Shown: positions 20,695 through 32,173 of the stretch, piece after piece
How the letters are laid out: every line of letters starts with the position of its first letter
Position numbering within the stretch: the stretch's first letter is position 1
NCBI RefSeq assembly: GCF_000143415.4
Contig: NW_003314305.1
Coordinates: forward strand, 557,709-621,708
Source: Selaginella moellendorffii
Taxonomy: Eukaryota > Plantae > Lycopodiophyta
Direction: 5' to 3'
DNA length: 64,000 nucleotides
The notes under the pieces: model-generated
Seen by the model: only the letters and a program-made list of their open reading frames with translations
Told to the model about the DNA's origin: nothing
Database searches by the model: none
Program-made: the position numbers and the translations under genes

Positions 20695-22060
20695 AACCAG
20701 AATTTGCTAAAGAGGTAAGATTTATCAAGCTGCAGCTCGTGTTTCCAAGGAGGATGGCATTGCAAATATGAAGAAGGCTCGTTTTGCTCCAATATTTTTG
20801 CAGCAAAGGTGAGTAGATTGTGTGTTTCCTTTGAGCTTTTTGGTTGTCATTCTGATTGATCTCTAGAAGTATAACTTCAACAAAAAGCTTAAAAGATGAA
20901 CTACTTTTCTGCGAAGTATTCAAAGGACTCGTCTGGTACGTATCCAGATGGGGAATACATCCATGGTCTGTTGTACTTGCCTCGCGAGGAGTTTATGCTG
21001 CCGAACGTGAGAATGTGTGGCTCCGGTTTATGCGACTCTTCTTCCAGAGCTTGATCCGAATCGTTGCTGGAGACAGTGCTCTAGCCTGGACCGAGAAGGA
21101 CGTTCGCAACATTATCAATGCCAGGATCAAAGCTGCATTTTTTGGCATGTATCCAGCTTCGTCTGTCGATCTTGTGATATCTTGTTGCGATCTAAGAAGT
21201 AAGCAGCGAAAGATTGATGTCCTTCCCAGCAAACACAACCACAGTTGTTTTGTTGCAAGAAACCATTCGTTCGAGTGCTTGAGGAAGTGGCGACTGCTAT
21301 TGCTGGTGACAAGATTGGGGACAACAAATCCCTGGATCCGGATGCTTTGCGTGCTGCCATGGAAGAGATTATTGACACATCACTGGACGCTGCAGTGTAA
21401 GTCTCAACAATTCTATTGAATTCATGAGTGCGTTTCCTTGTGTATCCAAGCAGTTCTTACAGAGCTGGAGGAATCATGGTGCATGGAGCGTTAACGCTGG
21501 ACCTTTACAAAATCATAAAACCAAATACTACTCCAAGGGTTGCTATATCACCTCATGAAGTTTATGAAATGATAATGCATTATCAAAGTGGAACGCCAAG
21601 GTTAGCTGGAGGCGATGATGATCATCTTGAGAGCTTACTAGCTGACGCTGAAGTAAATCTTATTCTTTCCACATTTTTGGAACCTTGTGGCTCTGATTAA
21701 TTATCTTTCATCTTTTTTGTTTTGTCTTAAATGTGTCGGCAGGACTATTGATGACTCTGATGAAACTCAAACCGAGCATGGCTTCCGACGACTTCAAGGA
21801 TTAAGGACTCTGGTTACGGTTTTGAGAGTGGAATGTACATCGGTAAGTCTTGAAGTTTGGAATGTTTAACTCTTTAACCAGAATACTGCTACCAGAGATG
21901 AGATATATCAAGCTGGAGCTTGTGTTTCCAAGAAGGATGGCATTGCAAATATGAGAAATGGTTGTTTTGCTCCGATCATTCTCCAAGCTTGGTATATGGT
22001 CAAAGTGGAGAAACAATCGAGTTGATAAAGTGTGAACTCTCACATCCGGCAGCATTCCCA
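20695..22060 (+). pseudogene. Family X remnants (C-terminal half followed by N-terminal/middle part of a second repeat)
   Basis: [95 protein letters not shown]; all match the gene at 62352-63732; frameshifts and deletions. Confidence 0.8.
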
Positions 22061-22291
22061 TGGACGTACTCCCCGTCTGGATACGATTACAACGTGAATA
22101 GAAAATGATCGCTCGATATCATGGAATATGATTTTTCAAATAATACGGAAAGGACAGTGGCTTATTCTATAGAACATTTTGGTAATTAAATTCACGTTTA
22201 GCGATTAGGTTAAGGCCAAAGCATGTCGCGAGAGGAATCCCAACCGTCCGTTGTCGACGTCCTTATATGAATAGCTGGGTTTGTTCTTGCG

Positions 22292-23594
22292 ATGGCCGCA
22301 GCTCATCTGGATGTCGATCTCACGCCACAATCTCCCAATGCGAGATTCTGCGCCAACGATGGCGGGAATTACGAGTTTTGGCTCAGCGCCCACTCCAAGA
22401 TGTTGAAGGAAGCTCGGGTTGGGGTCGCCGAAATCGCCGATTCTAATCAGATCTTTTATGTGCTCGAAGGTAAGCGATTGATTTTCTAGGATGTGAATTT
22501 TTTTCTCATGCATGCTAAATTCCGGTCTTCGTCCAGGAATGGTAAAGTAGGACTGACTTTTGCGGAGAGTCCCGGCGGATGCGTCTGTTCCTCACGGCAC
22601 TGTCAACTGGTGGTTTAACTCTGGCACTTCGAAGTTTAGTGTTTTGTGTCTCGGAGACACGAGCAAAAGCCTCAAAGCTGGAGAATTCACTGTAAGTTCT
22701 TCTTGGATTTTCTTTTTTTTTTTTTTTTTTGGTCTTGTTGTGACACACTGATAAATCAATCCGCTTGTAGGATTTCTTCCTGGTCGGTCCTGGTAGCGAT
22801 GGACTTCTCAAAGGTGTTACTCCGGACTTCATCGCCCAAGCATGGGATGTCCCAGAAGAAACGGTGAATACTTTGCTCCATAGCCAGAAGGAGGAGAGGA
22901 TTGTTTTGCTCAAGGAAGGCATTTCTATGCCGGAGACAACCGATTTGAGCAACTCTCCCTATGGAGAGTTTGCTTACAACTGCGAGGAGGCAAAGCTCGA
23001 CGTGGATATAAAAAACGGAGGCAGAGTTTCCGTTGTTTCCAGCGATAGCTTGCCGATCTTCAAGCACGTCGGTCTTGGCGCTGATCTCGTCAAGCTTGAT
23101 CCGGTAAGTTTTAGCTGATCACTTGGATCTTATAATCACATTCGTGAATTTCTTACAGCATGCGATGTGCTCGCCAGGATTTTCCTCCGACTCCGCGTAC
23201 CAAGTCACTTACATTGTCCGTGAAAGCTTTCGAGTCCAAGTCGTGAACTAAAATGGCGAGAGAGTGATCGATCATATGCTGGAGCCCGGCTGCCTGTTTA
23301 TCGTCCCACGATTCCACGTCGTCTCAAAGCGAGCAGGAGAAAATGGAATGGAATGGTTCTCGATCATCACCACCGAGAAGTAAGTTTTCTCTTTTTTTTC
23401 CTTCAGAGGTTCTGATCGACCCAATTTTTTGCTGGAAAAACAGGCCAGTGTTCCCTCATCTCGCTGGAAGAACTGGCGTGATCAAGAGCTTGTCGCCCAA
23501 AACGATTTGCGCGGCTTTTAACGTGGAAGATGGAGTTGAGAAGGAGCTGCGTTCTCGCAGGACAAACGACGCCATCTTCTTCCCACCCAAATAA
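22292..23594 (+). pseudogene. Legumin/11S-globulin-like bicupin, copy 1
   Basis: DLTP...DGG.Y, SDSNQIFYVLEG, GTVNWWFN, AMCSPGFSSDSAYQVTYI, FIVPRF, HLAGRT; deletion in exon 1, frameshift in exon 2, CAA>TAA near 23249. Confidence 0.88.
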
Positions 23595-23966
23595 GATGAG
23601 CCCACCTAGTCAATGCAAGTCAATACAGAGTCAACTCTGGCAATGCGCAATAAAATTATTCAAAGCTCATTGATTCCAAATAAATTCTAGGGTTTATCAT
23701 CGCATCGCATCGCGCGCGCGAGGGCGCTGCTTCGCCCTGGCCGATCCGGTAAGCTGCCAGAATGAGATTCTCGGCAATGTAGAACGGAGTTCAGGACCTG
23801 ATTTCTAGCATCGAGGATTGCCAAACTCTAGAACAATCTGGATGGAAAGAACGGGAGCAAACACTCTCTTCACGATGTCTCGAATCAATGAAAGAAAAAT
23901 TTCGAAGGCTTTGATGCTGGAAGGTAGAGCCAAACATTTTTTATCCTTGTGACAAAACCATTCGCT

Positions 23967-26341
23967 ATGCTGTCCAGGACTTCGCTGGATCCTAAAGTTC
24001 TCACAGCCGATACGAAAACTTATGCTAGTACCGGCAACGCTCATCAGCTCGAGAGAAGCGCTTGCCTCGCGGCGCTAAAGTCGTGCTCCAGAGCTAGAGA
24101 CGTCGAAAGTGGCCGGCAAATCCACGCGAACGCGAGAGAAAGTGGTGTGGATTCGGACTCTCACGTAGCCAGTAGCTTGGTGGCGATGTACATGAAGTGT
24201 GGGAGCGTGGTGGAAGCACAGCAGGCCTTCGACAGAATTCCTCGCCCCGACGCAGTGTGCTGGAACGCTTTGATCTCGGGCTATGCGGAGAATGGCGAGG
24301 CCGAGGTGGCCTTGCAGCTCTTTCGATCGATGCAACAGTGCTGCGGAGCAAACCCTCGAACTTTTGCCGCTGCGCTCGCTGCGTGCTCCACTCTCGCAGC
24401 TGCCGAAGAAGGCCGGAAAGTTGATGGGAGGATGGTGAAAGTTTTTTCGCTGCAACGAGGCATGGAAGTTCATCGTCAGGCCGAGGCTGCGATGGGAATA
24501 GATGCTATCCATCGCAACGTCTACGTGGGGAATGCTCTCATCGACATGTACGTGAAGTGCCGGAGCATGGTGCGTGCTCAAGAGGTTTTCGACAGGATGA
24601 AAACTCGGGATGTGGTCTCGTGGAACGTATTGATGCTCGGCTACGCACAGAGTGGTGAGAACGAGGAGCTAGCTCTCGAGATGTTTACGAAGATGGTGTC
24701 GTCCCGAGGCTGTCAGCTCGATAGCTGGAGTGTTGTCGCTGCTCTCAAGGCCTGTAGCAATCTCGCAGCCAAGGAAGAAGCTCGGAATGCACAGGAGAAG
24801 CTCAGGTTTCTAGTCACGGGTGTGGCGATCCACGACACAGCCGAGAGACTGGGATGTGACTCAAACATATTCGTGGCCAACGCTCTTCTCAACATGTACG
24901 CAAACTGTGGAAGCATGGTGGATGCGAGGAGAGTTTTCGATAAGATGCAGCGCTGGGATGTGGTTTCCTGGAACACGATCATCCTGGGCTATGCTGAGAA
25001 CGATGAGGGAAAGATGGCCCTTCAACTCTTTGGAGATTTGCTACACTCTCGGTGCTGCGTACAGGACAGGCTGACTTTGGTGGCTGCGCTTAAGGCTTGT
25101 TGTACCCTCTCGACTCAAGAACAGGGAAGGCAAGTCGATGGGATCGTGAGGCAAGATCGTGAAGCTGAGTTCGCTGGAAGCAGGAATGGCGGTACACTCG
25201 CTGGTATCAGAGCGAGGCTTTGATCTGGAAGACTTGTACGTGGCAAACTGCTTGGTCGACATGTATGGGAAGTGTGGGAGCATGGCCGATTCTCGCAGAG
25301 TTTTCGACCGTGTGAAGCATCGCGACGTTGTTATCTGGAACGCAGTGATCTCGGGATACGCACAGAACGACGAAAGTGAGGCTGCTCTAGAGCTGTTTGA
25401 GGCTCTCTTGTGCGAAGGTGTTTCTCCAACCAGCTTGACAGTCGTCGCGGCTTTCAAGGCTTGTGGCAGTCTCGCAGCTAAGAACAAGGAAAGCGATCGA
25501 ATGAGAGCATTGGAAATCACCATGGCTGTTCATCGTGAAGCTGTGACGAAGCTGGAAGCCTCCGAGTGGGACGCTTACATGACGAGCAGCTTGATCGATG
25601 CGTACGCCAAGTGTGGGAGTCTGGCGGATTCCAGCAAAGTTTTCTCGAGCGATACCGGCCAGCTTCGCAACGTGGTCTCGTGGAACGTCTTGATCCTGGG
25701 CTTCGCGGAGAACGCCGATGCTAGACGGGCTTTGAGGCTGTTCCACAGGATGAGACGCGAAGGCTGCCGACGAAACGCATCAACGTACGTCGCGGTACTG
25801 AAAGCTTGCAGCAACAGTATTCCTTCGAGTCTAGGCTTTGGGAGCGAAGTCAAGGCTCTGATCTACCGTGGAGGCTTTGAGGAAGATGGAGATTTGGCTG
25901 GATCCCTGGTTGACTTTCACGGCAAAGCGGGAGACATGGTTTCCGCTCGCCAGGTATTTGACTCGCTACCGGGAGATGGTGACGAGGCCTTGAGTGCGCT
26001 GATCACCGGATACGGCAGGCAAGGGGACGCAAGCCAAGCGCTGATGCTGTTTCACGAGATGGTAAACTCTGGCATCAAACCGAATGGTATCACAGCTCTC
26101 GCAGTTCTAACCAGCTGCAGGGAAGAAGTTCTTCCACGAAATGCCATCCAGATACGGCATCGTCCCCGAAGTGGAACACTTCCACTGCGTTGTCGATCTT
26201 CTCAGCAGAGCTAACCAGCGGGTTCAAGGTATGACAAAGCGCTGGAACTTTGAAGCTAACGAAGTAACTTGGACTACCATTACAGGGGAATCCAGGAGTG
26301 GAGACGCTACGCTTGTCGCGAAGCAAGAATGGCCGTCGTGA
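23967..26341 (+). pseudogene. PLS-class pentatricopeptide repeat gene (editing-factor type), copy 1, frameshifted
   Basis: Repeated ALIDMY.KCGS..DARRVFD.M..RDVVSWN motifs; 10-bp insertion near 25144; frameshift near 26120; truncated E-like tail (EHFHCVVDLLSRA). Confidence 0.9.
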
Positions 26342-26489
26342 TGCGTGAAAGCTCTCCCGTTTCGTTTCATGTCTCCCATTCTTCAGAGTCTTCAAGCATT
26401 ATGTCGGACAAATTCTGCTGAAAATGCGAGGTTTTTTTTTTTTGTCAGCATCTTCTAAACAACAAAAATGTGAAAAACTTGCTAGCGTA

Positions 26490-26720
26490 GCCCTAGCATA
26501 GAATCAAATATATGTTTAGCTTCTTCTAAAGGTATATGTATTAATCATATACGGCAACGGATTTGGCGAAAGCCATGTCCAAGTATATGAGCACCTCACA
26601 TTTGCTTGAGGCAAACCCATTGCAAAGTAGAGACCCGAAAAAGTGCTGCAGAGTTCCAGATTCTCTTTTGCTTTTTTTAATGTTACAGCTTGATGCCCTA
26701 AATAACCATTTGACATATTT
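26490..26720 (-). pseudogene. Small remnant of a second PPR gene (counterpart ~45270-45500)
   Basis: Unit-2 counterpart translates MINTYTKSGYLEEAKNIFDSML, a PPR-like motif. Confidence 0.5.
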
Positions 26721-28411
26721 TCAATAACACAACAAAGTTTTATTTGTATATAGATAAAAATGAAGAATATTTTAAGAATATATACGGCTAGTATACCTCA
26801 GCAAATTTAACAAACGAGTGATTTGACTCTTGAGATTGTCCTTGTTATATTAAACATTCAAATCCTTATTAATCAATCTACTGCTGCAGCTATTGAAGAA
26901 GCAAGAAGAGAGCTAAAAGAGGACAAATGATTTTTCATCTAAAATTTATTATGGAGGTACTATTTAATACACTAAAAAGGTCAGTACGATAAATTGTCTA
27001 TTAGACAAGAAATTTAGTCAATATTATTCTGTGTAGGTCTAAAAAAAACTTATTTACTAACAAGATAGTGATAGTTGGTAGCTGTCAAGAGAGACTTTTC
27101 CATGATTTGGCCTTGATCTATAGCAATGAATATGCATGCATTATGTATTTACACATTTGTAGATCAAAATGTGATATATGAATTGTCATGGAATATGCCA
27201 TGTATGCATGGGGCATGACACTTCAGATTGCCATGCAAAATTAATGCCATGTCATCTTAGACAACATAACATCACTAATTTAAAATTTAACAGGTTTCTT
27301 TTCCTCATTCTTATGTTATTAAATAGAAATTTATGATTTCCTAATTATGACCACCTCTCTCCTCCTTTGTATTTACCTCTTATTTTGTGCAACTATACTT
27401 TATTTCTCACGGTTTGGAAGTGTATTTCAATTTTAATGTGCTCTAATAGAAGCACCATGTTTTGATTGCTCTTACAAATGCCTCTTATTTCTTGCAGCTT
27501 GTTTGCAACGTGATGCACTAATTTAAGTAGTGATTGATTGACACTAAGGTGGGCACAATCAATTGGAGTGCAAAAGCAAGCATAAATCTTTTCTTTGGGT
27601 GCTGAGGGTGTTGAGCATAATGGCTTTTTAACAAGCAAGTGAATCATGTTGTAGTTTTGGTTCTATCAATTTTTTGTGTTTTTAATCATGTGTGTAGGTT
27701 TTAGCATTATAATGGTTCGTTATGTTTAGATATGTTGCAAAGTAATAGTGTAAACCTTTATTTTTTAACTTTATGGTTTTTGTAGTGATTGTGTTGAGGA
27801 GCAAGGAGCATTGCAACATAACATTTGCACATAAGTAAATAAACAATTTGTGTCCATTTCTTTTCAATGCATGTCCTAATTGCATTTTTTGCTAGACTGC
27901 CTACCCTAGGTATACCTCCTCCAAAACATTGCCATCACAAATTTCTTGTCATATTGATCTGCAAGGAAAAAATGAAAAAAATGAACTTGGAGGAGTAATT
28001 ATTATTAATATTTAATAATTGAAATATAAGATAATAATAGTTGTATATTTTATTATTATAAATAACATAAAACATGATTTGAAGTTTCTAATGCCTATAG
28101 AATTTTATTTGGATATCTAGTTTCATAGAGAACCATATTACAATTATTTTGGACAGAAAATATTGTTGATAGCGAACATTGGTTGATTTAAGCAATATGT
28201 GTTAGTAGCCCATAAAAAAATTTTACCATGATAAAAAACTAGATTAAAATCATGTTGTAAAACTAAAATACAATTATATATGAACTCTTTATTGTTCTGA
28301 TTGTGATTTCAAGGGATCCTTTAATTTATGGCATTTTCGTGAATTAATTCCTTATAGTGGTGTTTCAGCATTTCTATCCAAAATGAATTTTCTTAGATAA
28401 TAGTTCCATAT

Positions 28412-30240
28412 TTATAGCTGAGGCATTTTAAGTTTTAACATCTCAGCTAGGGATATATCATTAGAGTGCAATTTCCACCTAGGAATCATAGTGCAAATTG
28501 TTCTTCTCCTTGTGGCCATCTTCGAGCTTTTGGAGTTTGTTCTCCTCTTGATGAGTAGGAAGAAAGGACACACACAAGTTAGACACACAAGTGCAAGAGA
28601 ATTTTTTTCAGATACCTTGATTGAAGAATTGTTAAGGTACTCCCATGCCATAGGATTTGATAGGATATCCATAGGATAGGACAAAAGAAAAACATAAAGT
28701 GAGAATTGTAGTATTTGCGCTCTTGTTGCAAGATCTCAAGTTCTTCTCACCATCTTTCAACTTTGTTTCTGACATATGAAGTGTGCAAGTAACCCTAGGT
28801 GTGGAACAGACATACTTCTCAAGGATGAGGTGCAATATAAATACTACGAAGCCATTCAACTATACAGGTGGTATGTATCATTTGAAACTCAAAGCCAGCA
28901 TTCCAAAGTGAATCACTAGTGTGTCTTGACAACTCCATAGTGGTGTCGATAATCTGAGATAGCATCAGCTGGAGTACTAGTGAGTAGACTATAATTTCCT
29001 ATTGTCTTTTTGACACACCCCAGCCTCCGGCATTTGGCTTTGTCAACCTTTGAAAAGTCAATGATCACATTTCATTCTTTCTCACAAGAAAAAACTTTCA
29101 ATCACCTCTTCAGAGCTGAGCAAGATATGTGAGCCCATTGGAGTTGTGAGCATCACTTCGCAAGAAGAACTTAGCTTTCAAAAGCAAGAGGATCAATGCT
29201 GCAAAATCATGCATTAGAGTTCTAGCGTGATGCTTGAGCATTTCCTTGTCAACCGGAGGAACAACACCATCTATAGCCTCTTCTTGTCATCATACTTCAC
29301 CTGATTTACAGGTTTTTACATTGAATCCATCAGTTCGAGGAAGAACAATAGCAAAACTGCATAGAATTCAAAAGAGTGAAAGCAAACACTTTGGTATGCC
29401 AAAAGAATTAAAAAAAGGTATAAATGAATCCATCAGTTCAAGGAAAAACAACATCAAAGCCTATGAAAGAAAAGAAAAGTTCTAAGAAATCTAAATGCCA
29501 AAAAGAGTGAAATCAAACACTTTGGTATGCCAAAAGCATTCTAGAACAAGTAAAGGTAAATGCCACAAACTAAAAAAAGAGCTCGTAAAACCCACTAGAA
29601 AAAATAATTTATTAATAAATTGTTATGTGTTGCATGTAGTAATGCTTGGTTTGCTTAATAATATGATAGAATAAAAAAGAATATACTAGAATGGGTTTAA
29701 GAAAGTATATAAATTATAAACATGTTTATAAATTATAAATACAAGATAATCTAAATGAATAGCAACCATTAGATGGTAGAATATCCTAGAATATTCAAGT
29801 ATATTCTAGATATATCCACTACCATCTCAATTAGGTTTGCTTAAGCAAAGCAAAAAGTAAATTTTAGCCATCCCAAAGACAAAGTAAAGGAAGAGAAAAC
29901 AAAGAGAGAAAGGAAGAACACCAAAATGCCATTTCAGGCAAATGCTGTAAGGAAGGGAATAGAAGCAAATATTTATTCCTGGGTGGGAGAGGAGGCAAAA
30001 CACATCCTCATTTGCATGGTTGGGTATTTGTTGCAAATCTCTATACATTTCTCATACATGGTGTTCACATTGGCGAAATGAAGCACATTAATGCAGCCAT
30101 GGACCTTGCAATTGGAAATCCTTCCACTGACTTTAATTCACCTTGCCAATCATGACTTAGAAGTGTAGGCATCCATTCTCCCAGGGCTGGAGGCTAAACA
30201 TGCTCTTCTGATCCTCCTTGTAGAAGCTGCTGGTGGCTTG
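28412..30240 (-). pseudogene. TRS120: Degenerate 5' fragment of TRS120/TRAPPC9 with a seemingly foreign 3' exon, unit 1
   Basis: Reverse-complement homologue of 60400-62189 and 46430-48540, with introns retained; SSFYKEDQKS..LQPWENG resembles the TRS120 N-terminus. Confidence 0.8.
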
Positions 30241-31779
30241 GAGCTTGATCTAGGATGTTGGGTCACCATTTGGATGTATTACGAAGGCAATGGAGAAGCA
30301 TTGATCCAACACTGACCACTACCATACAGATTTTGCATCCATTCTATGTCTAGTGACTTATATAACATTTAGGAACCAAGGGTTAATGACATTAACAACA
30401 ATTTAATTTTGGCATTATAGAATAGAATAGAATAAAGGGAAAATTACATTTATACCCCTCATTTGAAAAATTACAAATTTGATCCTACCTGTTACAGGAT
30501 TCGAACACTTGACTTATGTTGTATGTTTAACATTTAGAGTCAACTAGATAATTATGGCAACAAATATGTAAAAGAATTATATATTTACATATATATATGG
30601 AGGTTTTTTTTTAGTTGATGCAAAAATATTACACAAATACTTTTTAATTATTATGTAAGCAATCAAAACATGTTTGTATGTACAATATTTTCTTTATGGT
30701 GTATATCATCTATATATATAAAGCATAATACCTTAGATTACCAAGTGTATCTCATTTCACACAGCTGTAGCTTATTTTTTGTGTTTTGTAGGCATATTTT
30801 GATTGCAATGAGTGATATAAAAAATCTCAAGAGGTTATTCAAGTGAATTATTCAAACCCAAAAAGCGTTAATCCCAAATATCCTAAACATTTAACCAATT
30901 GGAAAAAATATGCATTTTTGTTTATGAACACTTTCTTTTTATATTTGAATCTTTATAGATTGTCTTTTGAATTTTTTTCTTTGGTTGCTTACATATAACA
31001 ATAAGGGCAAAACATTTCTTTGGATGTTGCGTTAGTTTTGCTACAAACAAGTTGCAACCATGATAAATTGTTAGTTTTATTGATTTTTCACATATATTAA
31101 ATTTTTTAACATAGTAATGATTTATTGCGTTTAGGAAAAACACTTATCATTATTTTCACCAAAGAAATAGCCCCAAATAGAAATTTTAGCTTATAACATC
31201 TAAAATGCACTCAAAATCTAACTCACATGCTATAAAATATTATGAGGTACTTGAGACATTAAACACACTTATTATTCAAACAAAAGAACTTACATCCATG
31301 TAAACACATTTCAATCAAAGCCAAACAAAACACTATTTACTTTAAGCACACTCCAAAAGATGCTATTAAACACAAAATTTAGGTGAAGTTTAATTTAACC
31401 CATTGCTTCCTGAAATTCTTGAAATCTTAGAATTCTCTATATATGCTATAGTTCTACCATCTCACATCACTACCCTAACCACCTCTTTAATCACGAGTTA
31501 ATGTGATATATGCAGGAATGGCTAGACTTTATATATTTTAAGTCTAATATAAATTTAAAAAGAATAATTTTCTCTTTATAACTATGAAGAATAAATAGCT
31601 ATAAAGAGGGAGGATTTGACTGAAGAATTCAAGGAGGATACCATTATTGAAGTCATATTATTTCATTTTTATTATAATATTTAAATTTAATATAAATCAA
31701 ATTCCACGTTTATAATATAAAACTAAAATCTAAAATTTTTAAAGTTTTAATAATAGATGAAACACATTAAATGTAAGTT

Positions 31780-31850
31780 ATTATTTATTATACATGCATA
31801 TTCTATAAGAAGCATTATATCACATATATATAGACACACACACTTAAATA
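31780..31850. other. Empty (pre-insertion) site of the head-to-head gypsy pair at the unit1/unit2 junction
   Basis: TTATTTATTAT-ACAT-GCATATTCTATAAGAAGCATTA..CACACACAC-TTAAATA joins the A' left flank (~50011-50028), the inter-element spacer (1274-1304) and the B right flank (13250 onward). Confidence 0.85.
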
Positions 31851-32173
31851 TAGCATAAATTAAATTTTTCAGCCTTAAGGTATCTCAAAATAGGTAAAGT
31901 AAAAATTGAATATATTAGCAAGTCCACTGGCTCTATGACTGCAGTCCACATCGGTTTTTATGTACATCCAATTTCTATGCACATAGGCCAAGCAGCCAAA
32001 TCTGGAGAACTCAAGAGGTATTCCTCCAGTAGGTTGTATTAAGGCTCACACTTCTCATACTCTCTGACTTGATTGAGATCCAGAAATAACCCTCTGTGCG
32101 TCTTTTCCCTTGAAAGTGTGTTTTCGCATTTTTTAAGTAAACATTTTTTATACATTGTTTTTAGGTTTTTCTT

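Larger units (their letters stand above)
13250..31790. repeat. Tandem segmental duplication, unit 1 (~18.5 kb)
   Basis: Same gene order and near-identical sequence to 31843-50028 (LOX offset exactly 18535). Confidence 0.95.

Noticed and set aside
23685-23745. TAGGGTTT plus GC-rich hairpin (AGGGCG..CGCCCT) as a telomere seed, ncRNA or Helitron end
   Set aside because: A single telo-box-like motif and a 6-bp stem upstream of the PPR gene fit an ordinary promoter/5' UTR; no CTRR terminus at the expected distance.
30400-31780. AT-rich short ORFs (e.g. 30922-31143)
   Set aside because: Low-complexity, and not preserved as ORFs in the unit-2 counterpart.
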